64,000 nt of DNA from the human T2T-CHM13v2.0 reference genome, Homo sapiens: NCBI RefSeq assembly GCF_009914755.1, contig NC_060929.1. One strand, given 5' to 3'. Made by a program: the position numbers and the translations under genes. Each line of letters begins with the position of its first letter. The first letter of the stretch is position 1. Below, piece after piece: positions 11,294-22,839 of this stretch. Below the pieces are notes generated by a model. The model was not told where the DNA came from. It did not search any database and saw only the letters and a program-made list of their open reading frames with translations.

Positions 11294-14200
11294 GAATTCC
11301 CAGTAACTTCCTTGTGTTGTGTACATTCAACTCACAGAGTTGAACGTTCCCTTAGACAGAGCAGATTTGAAACACTCTTTTTGTGCAATTGGCAAGTGGA
11401 GATTTCAAGCGCTTTAAGGTCAATGGCAGAAAAGGAAATATCTTCGTTTCAAAACTAGACAGAATCATTCCCACAAACTGCGTTGTGATGTGTTCGTTCA
11501 TCTCACAGAGTTTAACCTTTCTTTTCATAGAGCAGTTAGGAAACACTCTGTTTGTAAATTCTGTAAGTGGATATTCTGACATCTTGTGGCCTTCGTTGGA
11601 AACGGGATTTCTTCATATTCTGCTAGACAGAAGAATTCTCAGAATCTTCCTTGTGTTGTGTGTATTCAACTCACAGAGTTGAACGATGGTTTACACAGAG
11701 CAGATTTGAAACACTCTTTTTGTGGAATTTGCAAGTGGAGATTTCAGCCGCTTTGAAGTCAATGGTAGAAAAGGAAATATCTTCGTATAAAAACTAGACA
11801 GAATGATTCTCAGAAACTTCTTTGTGATGTGTGCGTTCAACTCACAGAGTTTAACCTTTCTTTTCATAGAGCAGTTAGGAAACACTCTGTTTGTAAACTC
11901 TGCAAGTGGATATTCAGACCTCTTTGAGGCCTTCGTTGGAAACGGGATTTCTTCATACTGTGCTAGACAGAAGAATTCTCAGTAACTTCCTTGTGTTGTG
12001 TGTATTCAACTCACAGAGTTGAACGATCCTTTACACAGAGCAGACTTGAAACACTCTTTTTGTGGAATTTGCAAGTGGAGATTTCAGCCGCGTTGAGGTC
12101 AATGGTAGAAAAGGAAATATCTTCGTATAAAAACTAGACAGAATGATTCTCAGAAACTCCTTTGAGATGTGTGTGTTCAACTCACAGAGTTTAACCTTTC
12201 TTTTCATAGAGCAGTTAGGAATCACTCTGTTTGTAAAGTCTGCAAGTGGATATTCAGACCTCTTTGAGGCCTTCGTTGGAAACGGGTTTTTTTCATATAA
12301 GGCTAGAGAGAAGAATTCCCAGTAACTTCCTTGTGTTGTGTGTGTTCAACTCACAGAGTTGAACTTTCATTTACACAGAGCAGATTTGAAACACTCTTTT
12401 TGTGGAATTTGCAAGTGGAGATTTCAAGCGCTGTGAGGCCAAAGGCAGAAAAGGAAATATCTTCGTATAAAAACTAGACAGAATCATTCTCAGAAACTGC
12501 TCTGCGATGTGTGCGTTCAACTCTCAGAGTTTAACTTTTCTTTTCATTCAGCAGTTTGGAAACACTCTGTTTGTAAAGTCTGCACGTGGATAATTTGACC
12601 ACTTAGAGGCCTTCGTTGGAAACGGGTTTTTTTCATGTAAGGCTAGACAGAAGAATTCTCAGTAACTTCCTTGTGTTGTGTGTATTCAACTCACACAGTT
12701 GAACGATCCTTTACACAGAGCAGACTTGTAACACTCTTTTTGTGGAATTTGCAAGTGGAGATTTCAGCCGCTTTGAAGTCAAATGTAGAAAAGGAAATAT
12801 CTTCCTATAAAAACTAGACAGAATGATTCTCAGAAACTCCTTTGTGATGTGTGCGTTCAACTCACAGAGTTTAACCTTTCTTTTCATAGAGCAGTTAGGA
12901 AACACTCTGTTTGTAAAGTCTGCAAGTGGATATTCAGACCTCTTTGAGGCCTTCGTTGGAAACGGGTTTTTTTCATATAAGGCTAGACAGAAGAATTCCC
13001 AGTAACTTCCTTGTGTTGTGTGTGTTCAACTCACAGAGTTGAACTTTCATTTACACAGAGCAGATTTGAAACACTCTTTTTGTGGAATTTGCAAGTGGAG
13101 ATTTCAAGCGCTTTGAGGCCAAAGGCAGAAAAGGAAATATCTTCGTATAAAAACTAGACAGAATCATTCTCAGAAACTGCTCTGTGATGTGTGCGTTCAA
13201 CTCTCAGAGTTTAACTTTTCTTTTCATTCAGCAGTTTGGAAACACTCTGTTTGTAAAGTCTGCACGTGGATAATTTGACCACTTAGAGGCCTTCGTTGGA
13301 AACGGGTTTTTTTCATGTAAGGCTAGACAGAAGAGTTCTCAGTAACTTCCTTGTGTTGTGTGTATTCAACTCACACAGTTGAACGGTCCTTTACACAGAG
13401 CAGACTTGTAACACTCTTTTTGTGGAATTTGCAAGTGGAGATTTCAGCCGCTTTGAAGTCAAAGTAGAAAAGGAAATATCTTCCTATAAAAACTAGACAG
13501 AATGATTCTCAGAAACTCCTTTGTGATGTGTGCGTTCAACTCACAGAGTTTAACCTTTCTTTTCATAGAGCAGTTAGGAAACACTCTGTTTGTAAAGTCT
13601 GCAAGTGGATATTCAGACCTCTTTGAGGCCTTCGTTGGAAACGGGTTTTTTTCATATAAGGCTAGACAGAAGAATTCCCAGTAACTTCCTTGTGTTGTGT
13701 GTGTTCAACTCACAGAGTTGAACTTTCATTTACACAGAGCAGATTTGAAACACTCTTTTTGTGGAATTTGCAAATGGAGATTTCAAGCGCTTTGAGGCCA
13801 AAGGCAGAAAAGGAAATATCTTCGTATAAAAACTAGACAGAATCATTCTCAGAAACTGCTCTGCGATGTGTGCGTTCAACTCTCAGAGTTTAACTTTTCT
13901 TTTCATTCAGCAGTTTGGAAACACTCTGTTTGTAAAGTCTGCACGTGGATAATTTGACCACTTAGAGGCCTTCTTTGGAAACGGGTTTTTTTCATGTAAG
14001 GCTAGACAGAAGAATTCTCAGTAACTTCCTTGTGTTGTGTGTATTCAACTCACAGAGTTGAACGATCCTTTACACAGAGCAGACTTGTAACACTCTTTTT
14101 GTGGAATTTGCAAGTGGAGATTTCAGCCGCTTTGAAGTCAAAGGTAGAAAAGGAAATATCTTCCTATAAAAACTAGACAGAATGATTCTCAGAAACTCCT

Positions 14201-14691
14201 TTGTGATGTGTGCGTTCAACTCACAGAGTTTAACCTTTCTTTTCATAGAGCAGTTAGGAAACACTCTGCTTGTAAAGTCTGCAAGTGGATATTCAGCCCT
14301 CTTTGAGGCCTTCGTTGGAAACGGGTTTTTTTCATATAAGGCTAGACAGAAGAATTCCCAGTAACTTCCTTGTGTTGTGTGTGTTCAACTCACAGAGTTG
14401 AACTTTGATTTACACAGAGCAGATTTGAAACACTCTTTTTGTGGAATTTGCAAGTGGAGATTTCAAGCGCTTTGAGGCCAAAGGCAGAAAAGGAAATATC
14501 TTCGTATAAAAACTAGACAGAATCATTCTCAGAAACTGCTCTGCGATGTGTGCGTTCAACTCTCAGAGTTTAACTTTTCTTTTCATTCAGCAGTTTGGAA
14601 ACACTCTGTTTGTAAAGTCTGCACGTGGATATTTTGACCACTTAGAGGCCTTCGTTGGAAACGGGTTTTTTTCCTGTAAGGCTAGACAGAA
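11294..14691 (+). repeat. HOR unit 5, 20-mer, 3398 bp
   Basis: A-marker spacing; four C-D tetramers. Confidence 0.9.
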
Positions 14692-17600
14692 GAATTCCCA
14701 GTAACTTCCTTGTGTTGTGTACATTCCACTCACAGAGTTGAACGTTCCCTTAGACAGAGCAGATTTGAAACACTCTTTTTGTGCAATTGGCAAGTGGAGA
14801 TTTCAAGCGCTTTAAGGTCAATGGCAGAAAAGGAAATATCTTCGTTTCAAAACTAGACAGAATCATTCCCAAAAACTGCGTTGTGATGTGTTCGTTCATC
14901 TCACAGAGTTTAACCTTTCTTTTCATAGAGCAGTTAGGAAACAGTCTGTTTGTAAATTCTGTAAGTGGATATTCTGACATCTTGTGGCCTTCGTTGGAAA
15001 CGGGATTTCTTCATATTCTGCTAGACAGAAGAATTCTCAGAATCTTCCTTGTGTTGTGTGTATTCAACTCACAGAGTTGAACGATGGTTTACACAGAGCA
15101 GATTTGAAACACTCTTTTTGTGGAATTTGCAAGTGGAGATTTCAGCCGCTTTGAGGTCAATGGTAGAAAAGGAAATATCTTCGTATAAAAACTAGACAGA
15201 ATGATTCTCAGAAACTTCTTTGTGATGTGTGCGTTCAACTCACAGAGTTTAACCTTTCTTTTCATAGAGTAGTTAGGAAACACTCTGTTTGTAAACTCTG
15301 CAAGTGGATATTCAGACCTCTTTGAGGCCTTCGTTGGAAACGGGATTTCTTCATACTGTGCTAGACAGAAGAATTCTCAGTAACTTCCTTGTGTTGTGTG
15401 TATTCAACTCACAGAGTTGACCGATCCTTTACACAGAGCAGACTTGTAACACTCTTTTTGTGGAATTTGCAAGTGGAGATTTCAGCCGCTTTGAAGTCAA
15501 AGGTAGAAAAGGGAATATCTTCCTATAAAAACTAGACAGAATGATTCTCAGAAACTCCTTTGTGATGTGTGCGTTCAACTCACAGAGTTTAACCTTTCTT
15601 TTCATAGAGTAGTTAGGAAACACTCTGTTTGTAAAGTCTGCAAGTGGATATTCAGACCTCTTTGAGGCCTTCGTTGGAAACGGGTTTTTTTCATATAAGG
15701 CTAGACAGAAGAATTCCCAGTAACTTCCTTTTGTTGTGTGTGTTCAACTCACAGAGTTGAACTTTCATTTACACAGAGCAGATTTGAAACACTCTTTTTG
15801 TGGAATTTGCAGGTGGAGATTTCAAGCGCTTTGAGGCCAAAGGCAGAAAAGGAAATATCTTCGTATAAAAACTAGACAGAATCATTCTCAGAAACTGCTC
15901 TGCGATGTGTGCGTTCAACTCTCAGAGTTTAACTTTTCTTTTCATTCAGCAGTTTGGAAACACTCTGTTTGTAAAGTCTGCACGTGGATAATTTGACCAC
16001 TTAGAGGCCTTCGTTGGAAACGGGTTTTTTTCATGTAAGGCTAGACAGAAGAATTCTCAGTAACTTCCTTGTGTTGTGTGTATTCAACTCACAGAGTTGA
16101 ACGATCCTTTACACAGAGCAGACTTGTAACACTCTTTTTGTGGAATTTGCAAGTGGAGATTTCAGCCGCTTTGAAGTCAAAGGTAGAAAAGGAAATATCT
16201 TCCTATAAAAACTAGACAGAATGATTCTCAGAAACTCCTTTGTGATGTGTGCGTTCAACTCACAGAGTTTAACCTTTCTTTTCATAGAGCAGTTAGGAAA
16301 CACTCTGCTTGTAAAGTCTGCAAGTGGATATTCAGCCCTCTTTGAGGCCTTCGTTGGAAACGGGTTTTTTTCATATAAGGCTAGACAGAAGAATTCCCAG
16401 TAACTTCCTTGTGTTGTGTGTGTTCAACTCACAGAGTTGAACTTTCATTTACACAGAGCAGATTTGAAACACTCTTTTTGTGGAATTTGCAAGTGGAGAT
16501 TTCAAGCGCTTTGAGGCCAAAGGCAGAAAAGGAAATATCTTCGTATAAAAACTAGACAGAATGATTCTCAGAAACTTCTTTGTGATGTGTGCGTTCAACT
16601 CACAGAGTTTAACCTTTCTTTTCATAGAGCAGTTAGGAAACACTCTGTTTGTAAACTCTGCAAGTGGATATTCAGACCTCTTTGAGGCCTTCGTTGGAAA
16701 CGGGACTTCTTCATACTGTGCTAGACAGAAGAATTCTCAGTAACTTCCTTGTGTTGTGTGTATTCAACTCACAGAGTTGAACGATCCTTTACACAGAGCA
16801 GACTTGAAACACTCTTTTTGTGGAATTTGCAAGTGGAGATTTCAGCCGCGTTGAGGTCAATGGTAGAAAAGGAAATATCTTCGTATAAAAACTAGACAGA
16901 ATGATTCTCAGAAACTCCTTTGAGATGTGTGTGTTCAACTCACAGAGTTTAACCTTTCTTTTCATAGAGCAGTTAGGAATCACTCTGTTTGTAAAGTCTG
17001 CAAGTGGATATTCAGACCTCTTTGAGGCCTTCGTTGGAAACGGGTTTTTTTCATATAAGGCTAGAGAGAAGAATTCCCAGTAACTTCCTTGTGTTGTGTG
17101 TGTTCAACGCACAGAGTTGAACTTTCATTTACACAGAGCAGATTTGAAACACTCTTTTTGTGGAATTTGCAAGTGGAGATTTCAAGCGCTGTGAGGCCAA
17201 AGGCAGAAAAGGAAATATCTTCGTATAAAAACTAGACAGAATCATTCTCAGAAACTGCTCTGCGATGTGTGCGTTCAACTCTCAGAGTTTAACTTTTCTT
17301 TTCATTCAGCAGTTTGGAAACACTCTGTTTGTAAAGTCTGCACGTGGATAATTTGACCACTTAGAGGCCTTCGTTGGAAACGGGTTTTTTTCATGTAAGG
17401 CTAGACAGAAGAATTCTCAGTAACTTCCTTGTGTTGTGTGTATTCAACTCACACAGTTGAACGATCCTTTACACAGAGCAGACTTGTAACACTCTTTTTG
17501 TGGAATTTGCAAGTGGAGATTTCAGCCGCTTTGAAGTCAAATGTAGAAAAGGAAATATCTTCCTATAAAAACTAGACAGAATGATTCTCAGAAACTCCTT

Positions 17601-19442
17601 TGTGATGTGTGCGTTCAACTCACAGAGTTTAACCTTTCTTTTCATAGAGCAGTTAGGAAACACTCTGTTTGTAAAGTCTGCAAGTGGATATTCAGACCTC
17701 TTTGAGGCCTTCGTTGGAAACGGGTTTTTTTCATATAAGGCTAGACAGAAGAATTCCCAGTAACTTCCTTGTGTTGTGTGTGTTCAACTCACAGAGTTGA
17801 ACTTTCATTTACACAGAGCAGATTTGAAACACTCTTTTTGTGGAATTTGCAAGTGGAGATTTCAAGCGCTTTGAGGCCAAAGGCAGAAAAGGAAATATCT
17901 TCGTATAAAAACTAGACAGAATCATTCTCAGAAACTGCTCTGTGATGTGTGCGTTCAACTCTCAGAGTTTAACTTTTCTTTTCATTCAGCAGTTTGGAAA
18001 CACTCTGTTTGTAAAGTCTGCACGTGGATAATTTGACCACTTAGAGGCCTTCTTTGGAAACGGGTTTTTTTCATGTAAGGCTAGACAGAAGAGTTCTCAG
18101 TAACTTCCTTGTGTTGTGTGTATTCAACTCACACAGTTGAACGGTCCTTTACACAGAGCAGACTTGTAACACTCTTTTTGTGGAATTTGCAAGTGGAGAT
18201 TTCAGCCGCTTTGAAGTCAAAGTAGAAAAGGAAATATCTTCCTATAAAAACTAGACAGAATGATTCTCAGAAACTCCTTTGTGATGTGTGCGTTCAACTC
18301 ACAGAGTTTAACCTTTCTTTTCATAGAGCAGTTAGGAAACACTCTGTTTGTAAAGTCTGCAAGTGGATATTCAGACCTCTTTGAGGCCTTCGTTGGAAAC
18401 GGGTTTTTTTCATATAAGGCTAGACAGAAGAATTCCCAGTAACTTCCTTGTGTTGTGTGTGTTCAACTCACAGAGTTGAACTTTCATTTACACAGAGCAG
18501 ATTTGAAACACTCTTTTTGTGGAATTTGCAGGTGGAGATTTCAAGCGCTTTGAGGCCAAAGGCAGAAAAGGAAATATCTTCGTATAAAAACTAGACAGAA
18601 TCATTCTCAGAAACTGATGTGTGCGTTCAACTCTCAGAGTTTAACTTTTCTTTTCATTCAGCAGTTTGGAAACACTCTGTTTGTAAAGTCTGCACGTGGA
18701 TAATTTGACCACTTAGAGGCCTTCGTTGGAAACGGGTTTTTTTCATGTAAGGCTAGACAGAAGAATTCTCAGTAACTTCCTTGTGTTGTGTGTATTCAAC
18801 TCACAGAGTTGAACGATCCTTTACACAGAGCAGACTTGTAACACTCTTTTTGTGGAATTTGCAAGTGGAGATTTCAGCCGCTTTGAAGTCAAAGGTAGAA
18901 AAGGAAATATCTTCCTATAAAAACTAGACAGAATGATTCTCAGAAACTCCTTTGTGATGTGTGCGTTCAACTCACAGAGTTTAACCTTTCTTTTCATAGA
19001 GCAGTTAGGAAACACTCTGCTTGTAAAGTCTGCAAGTGGATATTCAGCCCTCTTTGAGGCCTTCGTTGGAAACGGGTTTTTTTCATATAAGGCTAGACAG
19101 AAGAATTCCCAGTAACTTCCTTGTGTTGTGTGTGTTCAACTCACAGAGTTGAACTTTGATTTACACAGAGCAGATTTGAAACACTCTTTTTGTGGAATTT
19201 GCAAGTGGAGATTTCAAGCGCTTTGAGGCCAAAGGCAGAAAAGGAAATATCTTCGTATAAAAACTAGACAGAATCATTCTCAGAAACTGCTCTGCGATGT
19301 GTGCGTTCAACTCTCAGAGTTTAACTTTTCTTTTCATTCAGCAGTTTGGAAACACTCTGTTTGTAAAGTCTGCACGTGGATATTTTGACCACTTAGAGGC
19401 CTTCGTTGGAAACGGGTTTTTTTCCTGTAAGGCTAGACAGAA
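14692..19442 (+). repeat. HOR unit 6, fused 28-mer, 4751 bp
   Basis: Contains a D/B hybrid dimer near 16.55 kb and a 7 bp deletion near 18616. Confidence 0.88.
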
Positions 19443-22400
19443 GAATTCCCAGTAACTTCCTTGTGTTGTGTACATTCAACTCACAGAGTTGAACGCTCCC
19501 TTAGACAGAGCAGATTTGAAACACTCTTTTTGTGCAATTGGCAAGTGGAGATTTCAAGCGCTTTGAGGTCAATGGCAGAAAAGGAAATATCTTCGTTTCA
19601 AAACTAGACAGAATCATTCCCACAAACTGCGTTGTGATGTGTTCGTTCAACTCACAGGGTTTAACCTTTCTTTTCATAGAGCAGTTAGGAAACAGTCTGT
19701 TTGAAAATTCTGTAAGTGGATATTCTGACATCTTGTGGCCTTCGTTGGAAACGGGATTTCTTCATATTCTGCTAGACAGAAGAATTCTCAGAATCTTCCT
19801 TGTGTTGTGTGTATTCAACTCACAGAGTTGAACGATGGTTTACACAGAGCAGATTTGAAACACTCATTTGGTGGAATTTGCAAGTGGAGATTTCAGCCGC
19901 TTTGAGGTCAATGGTAGAAAAGGAAATATCTTCGTATAACAACTAGACAGAATGATTCTCAGAAACTTCTTTGTGATGTGTGTGTTCAACTCACAGAGTT
20001 TAACCTTTCTTTTCATAGAGCAGTTAGGAAACACTGTGTTTTTAAACTCTGCAAGTGGATATTCAGACCTCTTTGAGGCCTTCGTTAGAAACGGGTTTCT
20101 TCATACTGTGCTAGACAGAAGAATTCTCAGTAACTTCCTTGTGTTGTGTGTATTCAACTCACAGAGTTGAACGATCCTTTACACAGAGCAGACTTGAAAC
20201 ACTCTTTTTGTGGAATTTGCAAGTGGAGATTTCAGCCGCGTTGAGGTCAATGGTAGAAAAGGAAATATCTTCATATAAAAACTAGACAGAATGATTCTCA
20301 GAAACTCCTTTGAGATGTGTGTGTTCAACTCACAGAGTTTAACCTTTCTTTTCATAGAGCAGTTAGGAATCACTCTGTTTGTAAAGTCTGCAAGTGGATA
20401 TTGAGACCTCTTTGAGGCCTTCGTTGGAAACGGGTTTTTTTCATATAAGGCTAGACAGAAGAATTCCCAGTAACTTCCTTGTGTTGTGTGTGTTCAACTC
20501 ACAGAGTTGAACTTTCATTTACACAGAGCAGATTTGAAACACTCTTTTTGTGGAATTTGCAAATGGAGATTTCAAGCGCTTTGAGGCCAAAGGCAGAAAA
20601 GGAAATATCTTCGTATAAAAACTAGACAGAATCATTCTCAGAAACTGCTCTGCGATGTGTGCGTTCAACTCTCAGAGTTTAACTTTGCTTTTCATTCAGC
20701 AGTTTGGAAACACTCTGTTTGTAAAGTCTGCACGTGGATAATTTGACCACTTAGAGGCCTTCGTTGGAAACGGGTTTTTTTCATGTAAGGCTAGACAGAA
20801 GAATTCTCAGTAACTTCCTTGTGTTGTGTGTATTCAACTCACAGAGTTGAACGATCCTTTACACAGAGCAGACTTGTAACACTCTTTTTGTGGAATTTGC
20901 AAGTGGAGATTTCAGCCGCTTTGAAGTCAAAGGTAGAAAAGGAAATATCTTACTATAAAAACTACACAGAATGATTCTCAGAAACTCCTTTGTGATGTGT
21001 GCGTTCAACTCACAGAGTTTAACCTTTCTTTTCATAGAGGAGTTAGGAAACACTCTGTTTGTAAAGTCTGCAAGTGGATATTCAGACCTCTTTGAGGCCT
21101 TCGTTGGAAACGGGTTTTTTTCATATAAGGCTAGACAGAAGAATTCCCAGTAACTTCCTTGTGTTGTGTGTGTTCAACTCACAGAGTTGAACTTTCATTT
21201 ACACAGAGCAGATTTGAAACACTCTTTTTGTGGAATTTGCAAGTGGAGATTTCAAGCGCTTTGAGGCCAAAGGCAGAAAAGGAAATATCTTCGTATAAAA
21301 ACTAGACAGAATCATTCTCAGAAACTGCTCTGTGATGTGTGCGTTCAACTCTCAGAGTTTAACTTTTCTTTTCATTCAGCAGTTTGGAAACACTCTGTTT
21401 GTAAAGTCTGCACGTGGATAATTTGACCACTTAGAGGCCTTCGTTGGAAACGGGTTTTTTTCATGTAAGGCTAGACAGAAGAGTTCTCAGTAACTTCCTT
21501 GTGTTGTGTGTATCCAACTCACAGAGTTGAACGATCCTTTACACAGAGCAGACTTGTAACACTCTTTTTGTGGAATTTGCAAGTGGAGATTTCAGCCGCT
21601 TTGAAGTCAAAGTAGAAAAGGAAATATCTTCCTATAAAAACTAGACAGAATGATTCTCAGAAACTCCTTTGTGATGTGTGCGTTCAACTCACAGAGTTTA
21701 ACCTTTCTTTTCATAGAGCAGTTAGGAAACACTCTGTTTGTAAAGTCTGCAAGTGGATATTCAGACCTCTTTGAGGCCTTCGTTGGAAACGGGTTTTTTT
21801 CATATAAGGCTAGACAGAAGAATTCCCAGTAACTTCCTTGTGTTGTGTGTGTTCAACTCACAGAGTTGAACTTTCATTTACACAGAGCAGATTTGAAACA
21901 CTCTTTTTGTGGAATTTGCAGGTGGAGATTTCAAGCGCTTTGAGGCCAAAGGCAGAAAAGGAAATATCTTCGTATAAAAACTAGACAGAATCATTCTCAG
22001 AAACTGCTCTGCGATGTGTGCGTTCAACTCTCAGAGTTTAACTTTTCTTTTCATTCAGCAGTTTGGAAACACTCTGTTTGTAAAGTCTGCACGTGGATAA
22101 TTTGACCACTTAGAGGCCTTCGTTGGAAACGGGTTTTTTTCATGTAAGGCTAGACAGAAGAATTCTCAGTAACTTCCTTGTGTTGTGTGTATTCAACTCA
22201 CAGAGTTGAACGATCCTTTACACAGAGCAGACTTGTAACACTCTTTTTGTGGAATTTGCAAGTGGAGATTTCAGCCGCTTTGAAGTCAAAGGTAGAAAAG
22301 GAAATATCTTCCTATAAAAACTAGACAGAATGATTCTCAGAAACTCCTTTGTGATGTGTGCGTTCAACTCACAGAGTTTAACCTTTCTTTTCATAGAGCA

Positions 22401-22839
22401 GTTAGGAAACACTCTGCTTGTAAAGTCTGCAAGTGGATATTCAGCCCTCTTTGAGGCCTTCGTTGGAAACGGGTTTTTTTCATATAAGGCTAGACAGAAG
22501 AATTCCCAGTAACTTCCTTGTGTTGTGTGTGTTCAACTCACAGAGTTGAACTTTGATTTACACAGAGCAGATTTGAAACACTCTTTTTGTGGAATTTGCA
22601 AGTGGAGATTTCAAGCGCTTTGAGGCCAAAGGCAGAAAAGGAAATATCTTCGTATAAAAACTAGACAGAATCATTCTCAGAAACTGCTCTGTGATGTGTG
22701 CGTTCAACTCTCAGAGTTTAACTTTTCTTTTCATTCAGCAGTTTGGAAACACTCTGTTTGTAAAGTCTGCACGTGGATATTTTGACCACTTAGAGGCCTT
22801 CGTTGGAAACGGGTTTTTTTCCTGTAAGGCTAGACAGAA
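19443..22839 (+). repeat. HOR unit 7, 20-mer with A'B' head, 3397 bp
   Basis: A-marker spacing. Confidence 0.9.

Noticed and set aside
14587-14793. Unique 68 aa minus-strand ORF
   Set aside because: It is created by one SNV (ATTCCACT) that removes a stop codon in ordinary satellite.
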